Origin: Monocercomonoides exilis PA203
Taxonomy: Eukaryota > Protista > Preaxostyla
Length of the DNA stretch: 64,000 nt
Direction: 5' to 3'
Assembly: GCA_001643675.2 (NCBI GenBank)
Contig: LSRY02000051.1
Location: forward strand, 372,001 to 436,000
The notes beneath the pieces were generated by a model. That model made no database searches. It had not been told where the DNA came from and saw only the letters and a program-made list of their open reading frames with translations. Of this stretch, positions 47,117 to 59,800 are shown in pieces. Made by a program: the position numbers and the translations under genes. Position 1 is the first letter of the stretch; each line of letters begins with the position of its first letter.

Positions 47117-49778
47117 CTTCCATTGTCCTGCAGAAGTCACGCTTCTCCTTCTGTTGATCGCTTCACTTTTCATCACTATCGAAGCTTCCTTAATTCAGTG
47201 CATTTTTTGTATGGCAGCGCAAATGCATCGACTTTGCTGAAGCATCTGGAAAGAATGAAAATAGAAAGAAGAAGGAAGATTTTGGACATGATAATAAATG
47301 CAAGAGCACTTCAGAGAGATGACTCAACAGCTGGTGATATCACATCATCGAATGCCCAACTGACTCAAACAACTGCCATTTCACAATCATCTTCTTCTCC
47401 AAATGAAACTGAAGGTGCCAATTCTTCTTCCTCAACACTGCCTCAATCTCCAAAAAAAGAGATAGGTGTCAAAAAAGAGGATGAACAAATCTTTGCCATT
47501 TCATCTGAACTTCCATCTTTTTCATTCAGACCACTTCGACTGAAGGCTTATGCAAATACCCAATTCAACATATCATTTTCTTTTCTTTCCTCTCAACTTC
47601 GGTTCATACTCGACATTCTCCGAAATCTTCCACCAAAAGAAAAAGCGATTGTTGTTTCCAGTTTCATCTCTCCGCTCGTTTTGATCCGCAACATCTTTTC
47701 ATCAAACTCTTCATTCGCATCAACATCCACCTTTGCTCTTTGGAAGAAGGCGAATGGGCAGGGCAGAATGAAAGAGGTGTCGTATTTCTCTTCTGTTCCA
47801 CCGCCGTCTGTGCTGCTGATGCTCCTTCAGTGCTTCTGTGCTGATTATAATCTGTCCTGTGCGAACACTCTGATTGTGGCAGACGCCCTACTGAGCAGCA
47901 AAGACGTGGAGCAGATCGCAAAACGGATGGACAAATCGAAAGAGATGGGAAAAGAAGAAAAAGAAAAAAGCAGAAGAAAAAGGAAGAAGAAGAGGCAAAG
48001 AAAAAAGCAGAAGAAGCAAAGAAAAAGGAGAAAGAAGAAAAAAGAGCTGAAATCGAAAAAGAAAGAAAGCGATTGAATGAGCTTATTTCAAAGCAGAAAG
48101 AAGTTGTCGAGAAAAAAGAAGAAATACTTCAAATGCTGAAGTCACTTGAAGAAATAGAGCAAATGTATTCAACTATGATAGAGAATTTGAAGGAGAAAAT
48201 ATCTCATTATGATGCAGATGAGAGAGAAGAAGAGAAAGAGAAGGAGAAAGAGAAAAAGAAAGAGAAGAAAGAGAAAGGAAATCTTTGGAGCAATGTGATG
48301 TTAATGATAACACATCAAAAGTCTCTTCAGTCGAAGATCAAGAGAAAAACAAGATAAATGCACAGACTTCGAAGAAGGATACAAATGTTGCGAAAAATCT
48401 GGATGCAAATTGTGAAGAGAGAGAAAGACAATCACATGGAAAAGAGCAGACTGAAATTGCTCGTCGTGCAAGACCGATTGCTTTTGAAGGGGCAGACAAT
48501 GAAAAGGAACAACAAAATTTGCCTTCGCTTTCGTTGTCTCTTGAGACACTCACACTTTCCTCATCTCTTCCAACTCAACAGACGATGCAACAGACGAATT
48601 CGATCCTGTTCACTTTCCTTTCTAATTTTCACAAAGAACAGTCTGCCCATCGAAAGGATGGTTTCACTCAAAATTCTTCTTCCTTGCAACAGCAACAGTT
48701 TCCAAATCAAGTCACACAGAATCAGACACAGCCATTCAATCCAATCTCAACATATTCTGCTTCACTGAATAAAAATAGCAGCAGCAGCTCATCAACTTCA
48801 CTTGGAATGGAAATGCAAAAAACAGCTGGAGATGCAGATGCTCAAATGCAAACTTCTCCTGCTCGCAATATGTTGATGAGTGACAGATCAAATAGCATTT
48901 CTCATAGTCCAACAGCACTTTCTTCGCAATCATCTTCTCCTTCTTCTTATCATGGAACTTCTCGATTTTCACCACAAAGTGCAGCATCATCCTCTCATTC
49001 TTTGATCGTTGCCAATGCCAAAAATTATGTCGAAAATAAGAATTTTCGAAAGCAAAATTACAACAGATATCATCAGCAGACATCGTCCTCTCCTATTTCT
49101 TTGCAATCAATATTTAGTGATCTCTTCGATCAGCAAAATGACAGACAATCAACTCCATCGAAGAATTCATACAGTCAAGCCACACAACCTCGAATATCCA
49201 GGCCTTCCTCTTCATACCAATCTCAGTCTGGATATCATCGCATGAGCAGCATACCTGACATGCCAAAGAATTCCAATTTGTCCGCACAATCCAAAAGAAG
49301 CAGCAGCTCCTTCCACAACCCTTCTCTGCCATCTGTTGTGGCAAAATCAGTTTCATCTCCAGATGCCAACAAATCATCGCTCATTTTTGTTAAGCAGCCA
49401 ACACGCTTATCAACCTCACCAAATGATGTATTCCTTTCTCATAACATCGCAAATCCTCCGAGTCAGCCTCAGCCTCAGCCTCATCCTCAGTCCCAGTCTC
49501 AAGGTTTAACTCAGCCATTTGTCGATAGAAATCAACAAAAAACTGAATCTACGTTATCTTCTTCTCCAATTAGCATTCCAGCAGTTTCTCCTTTGACCGA
49601 GTCCAGCCATCAATCTTCTCCTCCAAAGATGCTGCTGGCATCATCTCAGCCATCGACTTCATCCGAATTTCCTTCTGTTCATTCAACTGCACAGCTCATT
49701 AACGAAGCAGTTCGTCAAATAAGATCACAACCTTCTGCTCCCTCTTATACAGCTTCTTTACCATTTGCGACTTCATAG
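46408..49778 (+). pseudogene. Disrupted gene containing a degenerate SNF2/Rad5-16-type helicase C-terminal (HELICc) domain plus coiled-coil and Ser/Gln-rich tail
   Basis: SSQLRFILDIL..EKAIVVSSF..LVLI...VLLMLLQC..YNLSCANTLIVAD..EQIAKRMDK follows the SNF2 HELICc pattern but lacks the Gly residues of motif V and an intact motif VI. In-frame TGA at 46801-46803, probable intron 46861-46978, frameshifts in A-rich tracts near 47.98 and 48.28 kb. Confidence 0.55.
47046..47114. repeat. (CA)34 microsatellite
   Basis: Perfect CA dinucleotide run. Confidence 0.95.
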
Positions 49779-50868
49779 AATGAAACTAAGCAAAATATAT
49801 GTTTTCTTTTTCTTTTCACTTTTGTTTTATTCAATCTTTTTTCACTCACATTTCCTCTTGAGATTTTTTGGTTCTTATAGCTTTTAGCTCACAAGAAGAC
49901 TTAAGAAATAAATAATTCTTCGTGCTTTGTGAATAACTATGAATATATGAATTTCTAATATGCTAATATTTTTTTTTCATTTTTTGAGTGATTTTCTTAT
50001 ATTAATATGACAATTTGGAATGAAGATGAATTTTGAAAAAAAGAAAACTCTCCCATCATAAATACGTTTTCATTTGATCAAAATTTTCTTAAAAAATTCA
50101 CCATAAATTGGCTCGCAGCATACTATACGATATGAAAAAAAGCACACAAGTTAAACTTTTAAGATGTTAATGAATTACATCCTCAAAAAAAGAGATTTAA
50201 TTGTTCTTAAGTGAGTTCGCATCATTTGCATTCCAATGAAGATTATGGTGGAAATAAAAGGAGTCGATGTTATTGGTGGAATAAACTTCTTGCAAATAAT
50301 TCTAAATAACTTTTTACCAACAGATTTCTTGGATTTCAAAATTATACAAAAATGCAACAACAAGTTATAAAAATCTTCAGATGGCATTTATTTTAAAGCA
50401 ATTATTCACATTAAACAGCAGAGCCACTATCACGTTCATAACAAATCATATGAAAATGATGGAGCATACTGACTACTCAAATATTCAATAAACTATCGCA
50501 CAAAAATGATAATTAAGAAAAGAAAACAGTTTTTAATCCATATTCATTGAATTCGAAATACCTGTCGAACTTGATTTATTGTATGAATCTCCAAAAGGAG
50601 CAAACAATTTCACAATTACAACGAAAAGCCATCATTTATTTGCGAAATCAAAGAATATTCATTTATTTCCTTCAAATGATCAAGTGCTGACAAATGTCCG
50701 CTGCTTCAATGAGGCAATCACCTTAATATCTGTGCAGTTGAGCATCCGTTTGAAGAGCGCAAGCGAACAGATTGAAAGACAAAGACAGGAATATTGGTAT
50801 CACAATCCTTCTTCACAAATGCAATGGGATATGGATGATCGTGAAAACAAAATGATTATTAAACGTTT

Positions 50869-53800
50869 TCATAAAAAACTCATATTTTCCTGCTCACTTC
50901 TGCTTTCTGAATCTCTAGGGCGTTCGCTTTCTCCACAGCACCCACTGTAGCATTCGACAGCATCTGTCATTGTCAGTACTGCAGCACCTGGAGGGAAGCG
51001 TTGGATAAGCTCACGCTTCAGCAAAGCCAAAGTGGGCCTTTGTGAGGCACATCCAGACAAGCAGCACTTGGTAACATATTGCAATGAGGAAGTGCTTATT
51101 CTTTCAAAATTCGGTCTTTCACCATTCACAATCTTCTGGCCCGCCACCACACCCTCATACTCCCCAAACGGGATCTCCAGCGTCACACACTCCCACAGCA
51201 TCATCCCAATCGAAAAGGCAACTGATTCCTTTGTTGCCCCCATCTTCCTGTTCATCAGCAATTCTGGTGCCATCCACCTCAAGCTCTCTTTTCTAATATC
51301 GTCGTCGTCTTCAAACGCGGATGAAGGAAGGGAGACATCATCATCATCGCTGGCAGAAGTCACAACAGTTAATGAAGAGATCGATGAGGAATCTGAATCA
51401 TCAGAAGAAAGGAAATCGGAATGCATCACAATGCAGATCACCATGTGTTCAGAAAACAACACAATGTGAGGACTCAGACTGGACAATGACTGAAGCTTGT
51501 TTTCCATTTCATCAAATGAGTGAAGTGCAAGATTTGCCACCCAGAACAGGATCTGAGCAGCTGTCTGCTCCCTCTCCTTCAAGGAGCCAATTGGCATCTC
51601 TTTTGTCTTGTTGCTTCCATGAAGCAACATGAACAACGAATCCCTCAAATCCACAATCAGCTTCTCATGAGGAGATGAGCAGGCCATTGCATCCACCAGA
51701 TTCGACATCGACGAGGTGGTTGGACACAGATCCTCCCCTCGAACAAAAGTTGAATCTGAATCAGTTGTCGAAGTGGATGAGATGGAAGGTGAAGGAGTTC
51801 TCTTTCTCACCTCTTCCTCCTCTTCCTTTTCTAATGTCCAATCAGGGATCTTATCTGAATCTTTCCCCAAAATGTATTCTGTCGATCCGCTTTCACTCAA
51901 CAAATGCTCTGACGATTCTGAGTGTCCCAAGCTTTTCTCATATACTCTCTTCTTGATCCTCTCTTCATTCTTCTTCTCTGCCTCCCTCTCTGCTCTCCTC
52001 CACTGCTCCTCTGGTGACACCTCCATCGTCACCATCTCAAATGCCTTCGGATCCTTCTTCACTGTATCATTCACTATTTCTTCCAATTCTTCTGTTCGTC
52101 TCTCAGATTTCCTCCATCGAACTGCAAGAATAACAGAAACAATCAGAACAATCAAAAGAATAATTGCCATAATTATCACTATCAACGGCCAATACGATTT
52201 TCCTTCTTTTCCTCCTTCCACCACTTTTTCATTTCCAGTCTTTGGTTCTGTTTTGTTCTTCAGAATCTGTGGAGAAGTCTCTGCCAATTGCTTCCCAAAC
52301 AGAATCATCACTGTCACCTCCGTTTCATCTGCAATTGCTGTTATATTTTCTGATGAGATTCTTCCAATCACTTCCGTTTCGGATACAAAACTGTCTTCCT
52401 CAAACCGATATGTCTCAGCCAACTCCACATCTCCTGTTTTGAATATCAATCTGAATGACAAGTCGCAAGGCACAAAAAGTGATCCCTTGAATTTCACAAC
52501 AACATTGCTTTCGTTTTCGTTCACTGAAACATCTTCCAGTTTGGGAATAAAGAAAGGCGATGGCCTTTCTCCTGCGAATCCTTCGAGAGTGCATCCATCA
52601 TTCAAGATCCAAAGAGAAGAATTGTCATTCAATCCATCTCCGCCTTTCAAACTCGAAATGATCAGTGAAGCAGAATCTGAGCAAATGACGTTTCGACGAA
52701 AAGAGGGATATTTTTCGATGAAAGGATTGTTGTTCAAAAACTCCCCTTTCTCGATCGTCACATCGCCAGCTGATACGGAAAATCCACCTGATGATGAATT
52801 CGAAATTATAACATCCTTCATCACCAGTGAAGAATTCGCTGAGTGAACAAGTGATCCATTCCATTTGCATATTTCTTCAAAATTATTATTTCTCTCACTT
52901 TCACTTACTTTTGAAAGAATTCCTTCAAACTCACACGTTTGCATCGAAACATCCTTTGCATTGCTTATCTCCATTATGCTTCCTTTAACAGAGAGAGAAT
53001 CACAATTAGAACAGGAACAGTTTGAAAGAATTACTTGTGCTGAAGTTGAAGAAGCTGAAAGAACAGAAGCTCCTTTTGAATTTCTCGAACAGTTGTTGAA
53101 TGAGGAGATTCCAATAGAAACTGTTCCTGATGACAAATCGTTTATCGCAATGATGCAACCTTCAGACAATTTCACTCCATCTGCAGATACTCCATAAAAC
53201 ACAACACTTCCACAATCACCAATCTCAAATACATCTGTTGTTGATTCAATTTGTTCCAGTTTCACATTCGTAATATTTATCTCATCACAGTTAAGCAAAA
53301 ATGAAGGCTTTTTGAATGAAAGGAACGATACTGAGCAGTTGTCAATATGAAAAATTCCATTTTCGACGCTCAGCAATGATAAGTTGAGAACAATAGATTC
53401 TATATTATCTGATTGGCCAACAGATGAAAAATCAACAGATGAAAGAGAAAGTTGTCCACTTGCTTCATGAATGATTGAAATGCCTGAATATGAAAATAAC
53501 AGATCAAAACTGAATTTCAATCTCTCAATCCGAACATTCTCTGAGGTTGTGATAAGACTTCCATCGTTGGTTATTGTTGAGTTCAGATGCACCAAAGCAG
53601 CTGAGGGAGATTGCAATGAGCGGATGATCACATCATGAACATCACATTTCCCAATAATAACTGTTTGCCCCAAGATCAGCAACTGAGAGAATAGAGATGG
53701 AATAACGTGCTGAACTCCCATATTCAATGAGTTGCATGGCATACTAAATTCTCCGCATTGCTTGCTATCTCCGTGGTTGCCTGTTGCTGAAGAAACAAAT

Positions 53801-56800
53801 ATTGTCTCGCTCTGGTATTTCACAACCTTCAGCAGAAGATCCTCTTCCCCAACAAACGAGTCTGTTGTGCAGCCCCATATCGCTCGTTCCTTCACAAACG
53901 GTGTTCTGAAATCCAAAAGGAACTGCTCATCAACAATCTGTGTATCAACTGAATTGCATCGAATATACACATCTCTCCCTCTCAATGCAGAGTTGTCTTT
54001 GAACGTGATGTTGGATAGCATAAAGTTCAGAGGCTTTTCATCTGTCGAGGTGCATTCCAGAAACAGCCACCCACCTCTTCCTATGGTTGAGCAGAAACAC
54101 TCAGAAATCGTGCAAAAAGAGCAGTCAAAACTTCCTCCCTCATTCAACACATAAAACATCCCTCCTCCCTTTCCACACTTCAACCCTCCACATCTCTTCA
54201 TTGTTGTGTTTCGAATCACCATTTTCAATGGCTCATCATCATTATCATTTCGGATGATCGGAATATCATCTGTTGTGTTCTGGGTGACTTCCTCGAATAT
54301 GCTCCACTCAATAACAACATCTTGCTCAACTTCATTTGTCTCTCTTCTTGAACTCTTTGATATGCTCAATCCACTCGTCCCATCAAGTTGAACATCCTTC
54401 ATCGTCAGGTTTTTAATCTTCAAAATCGTTGATGAAAGCACAGAAACAATATCTTTTGAAAAGCTAAGTGATTGAACTTTCACAAATTCCAACACTATTG
54501 TCCCTCCTTCTGCTTTGATCAGCCCATAATTCATTATTTCTCTTCTGCTTTCTTCATTTTTTGAGAACGAACAATCTTTCGCAGTCAACAAACCATCGTT
54601 TGAGCCAACATATATCAAATAATTGACTCCACTCATGAATGAAGAAGGAATCACAAAATTAATTAATTCGAAATTTGTGTTTCCCTGAATCTTCAAAGCA
54701 GCTCCTTCTGCTCCTTCAAGAGATGAAGCAGATTCCAAAGAGCACATGCTGCTATTATCAGATTTCACTGAAATTCCACTCACATCAACACTCTTCTGAA
54801 GATACCCTTTTCCAATGATGTTGACATTCCTTTCATTTCCTTCTGACAATCTCGTCAGTGAATAATCGATTGACAGACAAGGATAATCTGAGTATCCGCA
54901 GGCACCCATATCTCTTCCTTCACTGCAAATAAATACTTCCGAACAAAATGTTAACCAGAAATAAACCAGTGGAATGGCATTCGTTGTGTCACTCCCATCA
55001 AAGCCTCTCATAGAATCAAACGAAAGATCAGCCAGATGATCGGACACAAATGGAAGTGAATCATTCGTGATGCTCTTCGTCAAGTTGGATGATTCAACAA
55101 AAAGATCATTTCCATATCTCGCGACATTTGGCTTGCCTGCCTCAAAAACAGGGGATGAGATCACAAAAGAAATTTCGTCATCAACCACCTTCATCGCCAT
55201 CCCTCCACCAAAGCCAGTCTTTTCTTCTTCAGCTGGTGTTGTGCATCCTGTGAATGTGCAAGAAATAATATCCAAGTGCGTATTCCCTTTCAACTGCACA
55301 TTGATAGCCCCTCCTCTGCTTCCTTTTTCATACACAGAACATCCATCAAAAATGCATTCTTCAATATTTATTTGTGTATTTGTTCTTTCATCTTGATTGT
55401 TGTCAATGTTCAAACAGCCTGCATTTCCAGAAGTTCTGGCAAATGATTTCATTTGACATTTTGTAATGTTCAATTTTTGTTCATTGCAGCATTCAACCAA
55501 ACACTCATTCTGCTCCCCACTTCCTGAGAAATTGCTTTCCACAATTTCAACTGAACTTAAACCTCCGCTATTTCCATCACAAATTATTGCGCTTGTCTGC
55601 CATTTGATCCCAATCCCAAACACATTGCTTATCATCACTTCACCTTCTTCAATCTTCACAAAGGAAATATCCAAGCTATTTTCAGAAGCAATTATCCCAC
55701 AATCCTGAATTATCACTTTGTTGGAAATGCAATGGAATATGCTTTCATATGATCTTATTCTTTCTGCAACAGAAAACACCACCTTGCCAAAGGTTGTTGG
55801 ACAGCGCGTCTCGAATACTCCCCTTTGTGAACCAGAAATGCCTGCTCCTATCTCATGATTTGATGTGTTTCCTTCTCCACTCACACTCCACTCATTTGAA
55901 TCCATCTTTAATTCTTCCCCAAAAGAGAACGGAGAATTCAGCTTGATTGACTTGTTTTTGCCTGAAAACCTCAAACTGGCTGCTTTTGTAATCGTGATGC
56001 ATGGAACTTGCTCGAATCCACAACCACTGAAATCATGAGCCTCTTGCCCACCCACATGGCATGGCGCTGTGAAGTTATTCCACAGATACACAACAAGCGG
56101 TATTTCAAATTCATCATTTGCTGTTGAGCGCTCAAAGCCATTCAACTTTTCCAACTCATTCAAATTAACACCAAAACCGAATATTGCTGAGTCGATTACA
56201 GCACTCAGATCATCAGCATCCAGAAACACATCTTTCCCTTTCCTTCCCTTGCACCCATTAAATTGTATACTATTCAAAATAAAATCAGATGCTTTATCAT
56301 CCAAAACAAAATATATCGCTCCTCCCATTCCCTTCTTCCCATCCGCATTTGCAGTTGCCTCACACTCCGAAAACCCAACCTTTGTTCCTTGCTCACCCAC
56401 ATTTCCATTATTTGGAGGATCTTCTGTAATGTTGCCAACACTGAAGCTTGATCCACTTTTCATATTCATCCACAGCCCTCCTCCATTTCCTCTCTCGCTT
56501 TTGCACAAACTCATGCTTCCTTCCTCAAACACAAATGAACATCCACTTTCCAGTGTGCATTCGATTGCTCCCCCGTTTTCCTCTTTGACTGCAAAATTCG
56601 AAATGTCTGTTCGAATGATTTCTATTTTCTTGGCACTTGTTGAAGAGATGAGCCGTGATGATGCTATTCCTTCAGATGTGGCAATGGAAGAAACATCACT
56701 GTCGCTCATTTGAAGAGAAGCTTTGTTCTTCACTTCAATAAATCCTGATGCATAACTTGTTCCAATCCCATTCAGCTGAATGCTTTTCAACTTGGCTTCT

Positions 56801-59800
56801 GTATTGTCTCCAAACAAAGAAATAAATGGATATCCACTCAAAATCATTGACGAAGCCGAGAACATGTCGATTATTAAGATCCCAGAGTCAATTGATAAGA
56901 ATTGCAATGACAATTCTGATGATGGATTTTGAAGAGAAAGTGAACATTGAATCAAAGAAATTGATGATGAGGATGAAATAAAAGTGGAGCGAAGAGGAAG
57001 GGAAGATGGAAGAGAGAATATCAGTTTTGATAATTCTGTTTCAGCACTTGCTGAAATCATCGCTGAATTAGATGTAGAATTTGAATCAGAAACTGTCCAT
57101 CCACTTTGACCATCTTTTCCTTGGATTTCATGTTTCTGTTCACCAAATGCCAATTCATCGCTCATCATAATCATTCCATTCACAACAACTTTCTTTGTTC
57201 CTGTTTGCCTTTTGAGTGAGTGCTTCATTGTCAAACAAGGGAATTGGACGATTCCACAATGTGAGTGATCAGATGCCTCGACGTTGCTCACAGATATTTC
57301 TTCTGGAGTGGGAAGGAGATAGATACACAGAGGAATGGCCACACCGGTGTTTCCATTGTCATATCCTCTCACTCTGTCAACAGAATCCAAAGAGACTGTA
57401 ACACATCTGATGTTTTCTGATTTTGCTGTTTCTTCCAGATTGGGTGAAATGACAAAGATATCATTCCCCCATTTGGCTGTGTTTGTGCTAAAGGAAGAAG
57501 ATATCAGGAAATTGGGATTTTCATTCAATAATCGAAGAAGGATTCCTCCCCCAAATCCATATGTTGCAGAGCAAAAGCACCCATCAAAAGATCCGCCTTT
57601 CAATTTCACTTCATTTTCGTTTCCAACACACAACATTATCGATCCTCCATTTTCTGAACTTGAACTTCCACATCCTTCAAAAGTGCTCGAATTCACATCA
57701 ATATTTGCCTTATCATTCAAAAACGACATCACAGCCGCTCCGCTCGTTGTTCTTTCAATTCCATCGAATGAACATTCTGAAAGTGTCAATGCAATTTCAT
57801 TTGTCGAAGAAAGCGAAAACAACGAAACAGTTGAAATTGTCTTTGCCCAGTTCACATGTTCCATCTGAAACATCCCATTCTGAACATTGATAAGCTCTGT
57901 GATGAATGCTGTTTCTGCTGATTGTCCGCTCCCAAAAAATATGTTCAGTCTGCTGATGCTCATTCCTCCTGCTCCACTTATCTCAAATAGCCTTGAATCT
58001 CGGTTATTTGGATCTATCGAATTATGCACGATGTCAAAGTTGCTGATGGATAATACGCCCATTGAAACGCAAAAAAGGCATGTTTCTTTTTGATTAAGGA
58101 AGCTTGTTTGCACAACCGAAGAAGTTTCTTCACTTCCACATATATTCAAATGGTAATCTCCAATATTCACTCCTCTTGTGATCAATAAAGAATCTATTAG
58201 TTTCACTTTCCAATTATTTAATGGAAGCGTGTGGTTAACTGCACTTTCAAGCGTCGTGCATGGATTTGATTCTATCAATCCACAAACAGGTGATATATCT
58301 GTTCCTAAAGAAGAGACAAATCGTATTGTTCCTTTCCATGTGGCAAGCCAGTTATCATATTCGGTTAGTTGATTGTTATAAAATATCCTATTAGAATCTG
58401 TGGTTGAAAAAGAGCTTTCAAAAGGAGATTGAACTAAAGAATTTCCAGTGAAATAACAATCGTTTCCCCTGAGATTGTCTGCTAAGTTCTCGCAGAAAAA
58501 ACAAAAATAAATAAAAACTCTGTTTGATTCGCTTGACATCCATGGCTGTGAAAATATAATGATCCCTCCTCCACCATCATTAGTCTGAGTTCCATGGGCT
58601 TTATTCCTAACATAAAGATTGTTTGATATTATCAAATGATTTGTGGATGTTGGAATATATGTCCCTCCACCAAAAGTAGCCGCTTCATTGCTTTCGAAGT
58701 AATTATCTTGAATTATCTCTTCAGAAGTTATTGTCGTAGGTTCGCATCGAATAGCACCTGCATAAATTGTTGAAGATGAACATTTTTCAAAACGACATCC
58801 TTTAACATAATATCCCATTGTTATTTTGTAAATGAGAATAGCTGGTGTGTTATGCACTGCATGGCACGAAGACGAGTTGCTATCTGTCACATTTGTGAAG
58901 GCTGTATTTTGGGAATCAACACAAGTGTGATAATATGAATCGAGATAAGCAAATGAGCATCGAAGGATTGTTACACTGTTCCCTTCTCCTCTAAGAACAA
59001 CACCTGCTGAGTTTATTGAGGAATGGTTTGCATTTTTCCATTCGCAATCTGTGAAAGATGAAGTCTCATTCACTTCAATTCTTTGCATTTCTTTGTTTCC
59101 AGCAATATCACCATTATCTGAAGTAGAACAAGAGCAAAACGATGAATTACTCGTTGAAAATATTGATTGCAAATTTAGTGATGGAGCGATTCTTCCGTAT
59201 ATTGCATCAGAAACTGATGAAAATAAACACCCTCGAATATTCACACAGTTTTGTGAAAAAGTTTGTTGCCCACTGCATAAATTCTCTCTCGAAGTGAAAT
59301 TATAAAAAGATGTGTGATGAATAGCGATTGAGGATAAGGTTGATGATAAGAGAAATGGATTTGAGCTGACTTCATATCCTTCAAAAATTGAATTGCTTAC
59401 ACAAATATAACCTCCTTTAAGGAAAGAATTTTCTGAGTTCATTAAAATTAATGAAGAAAACATTGATTTTTCATGAGAAACTTTTAAAGAAATATTGTGA
59501 AGATTGAGTTTTCCATCACTCAAAATAAAGAAATTGATTTCACTTGTTACAAACAAGTATAAAGAACATGAAATTGCGGACATTTCTGTTTGCTCGCCAA
59601 TTGAAAAGCAAACTTCATTTTTTCGTTTGAAAATTGAGATAAGATCAATATTCAATGTTACGTTTGCACTTTTGCAACTTGCTTCCCATGTTGTTCCATA
59701 ATTTGAAGAAGCATTTTTTGCAATCAATTTTTTTCCGCATAGATAATTTAAGCTATTCTTCATTCCTTGATATTTGAAAGGATTAAGGCAAAACGATAGA

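Noticed and set aside
51032-59701. Plus-strand ORFs (e.g. 51716-52846) opposite the giant gene
   Set aside because: Antisense shadows of the long minus-strand CDS.
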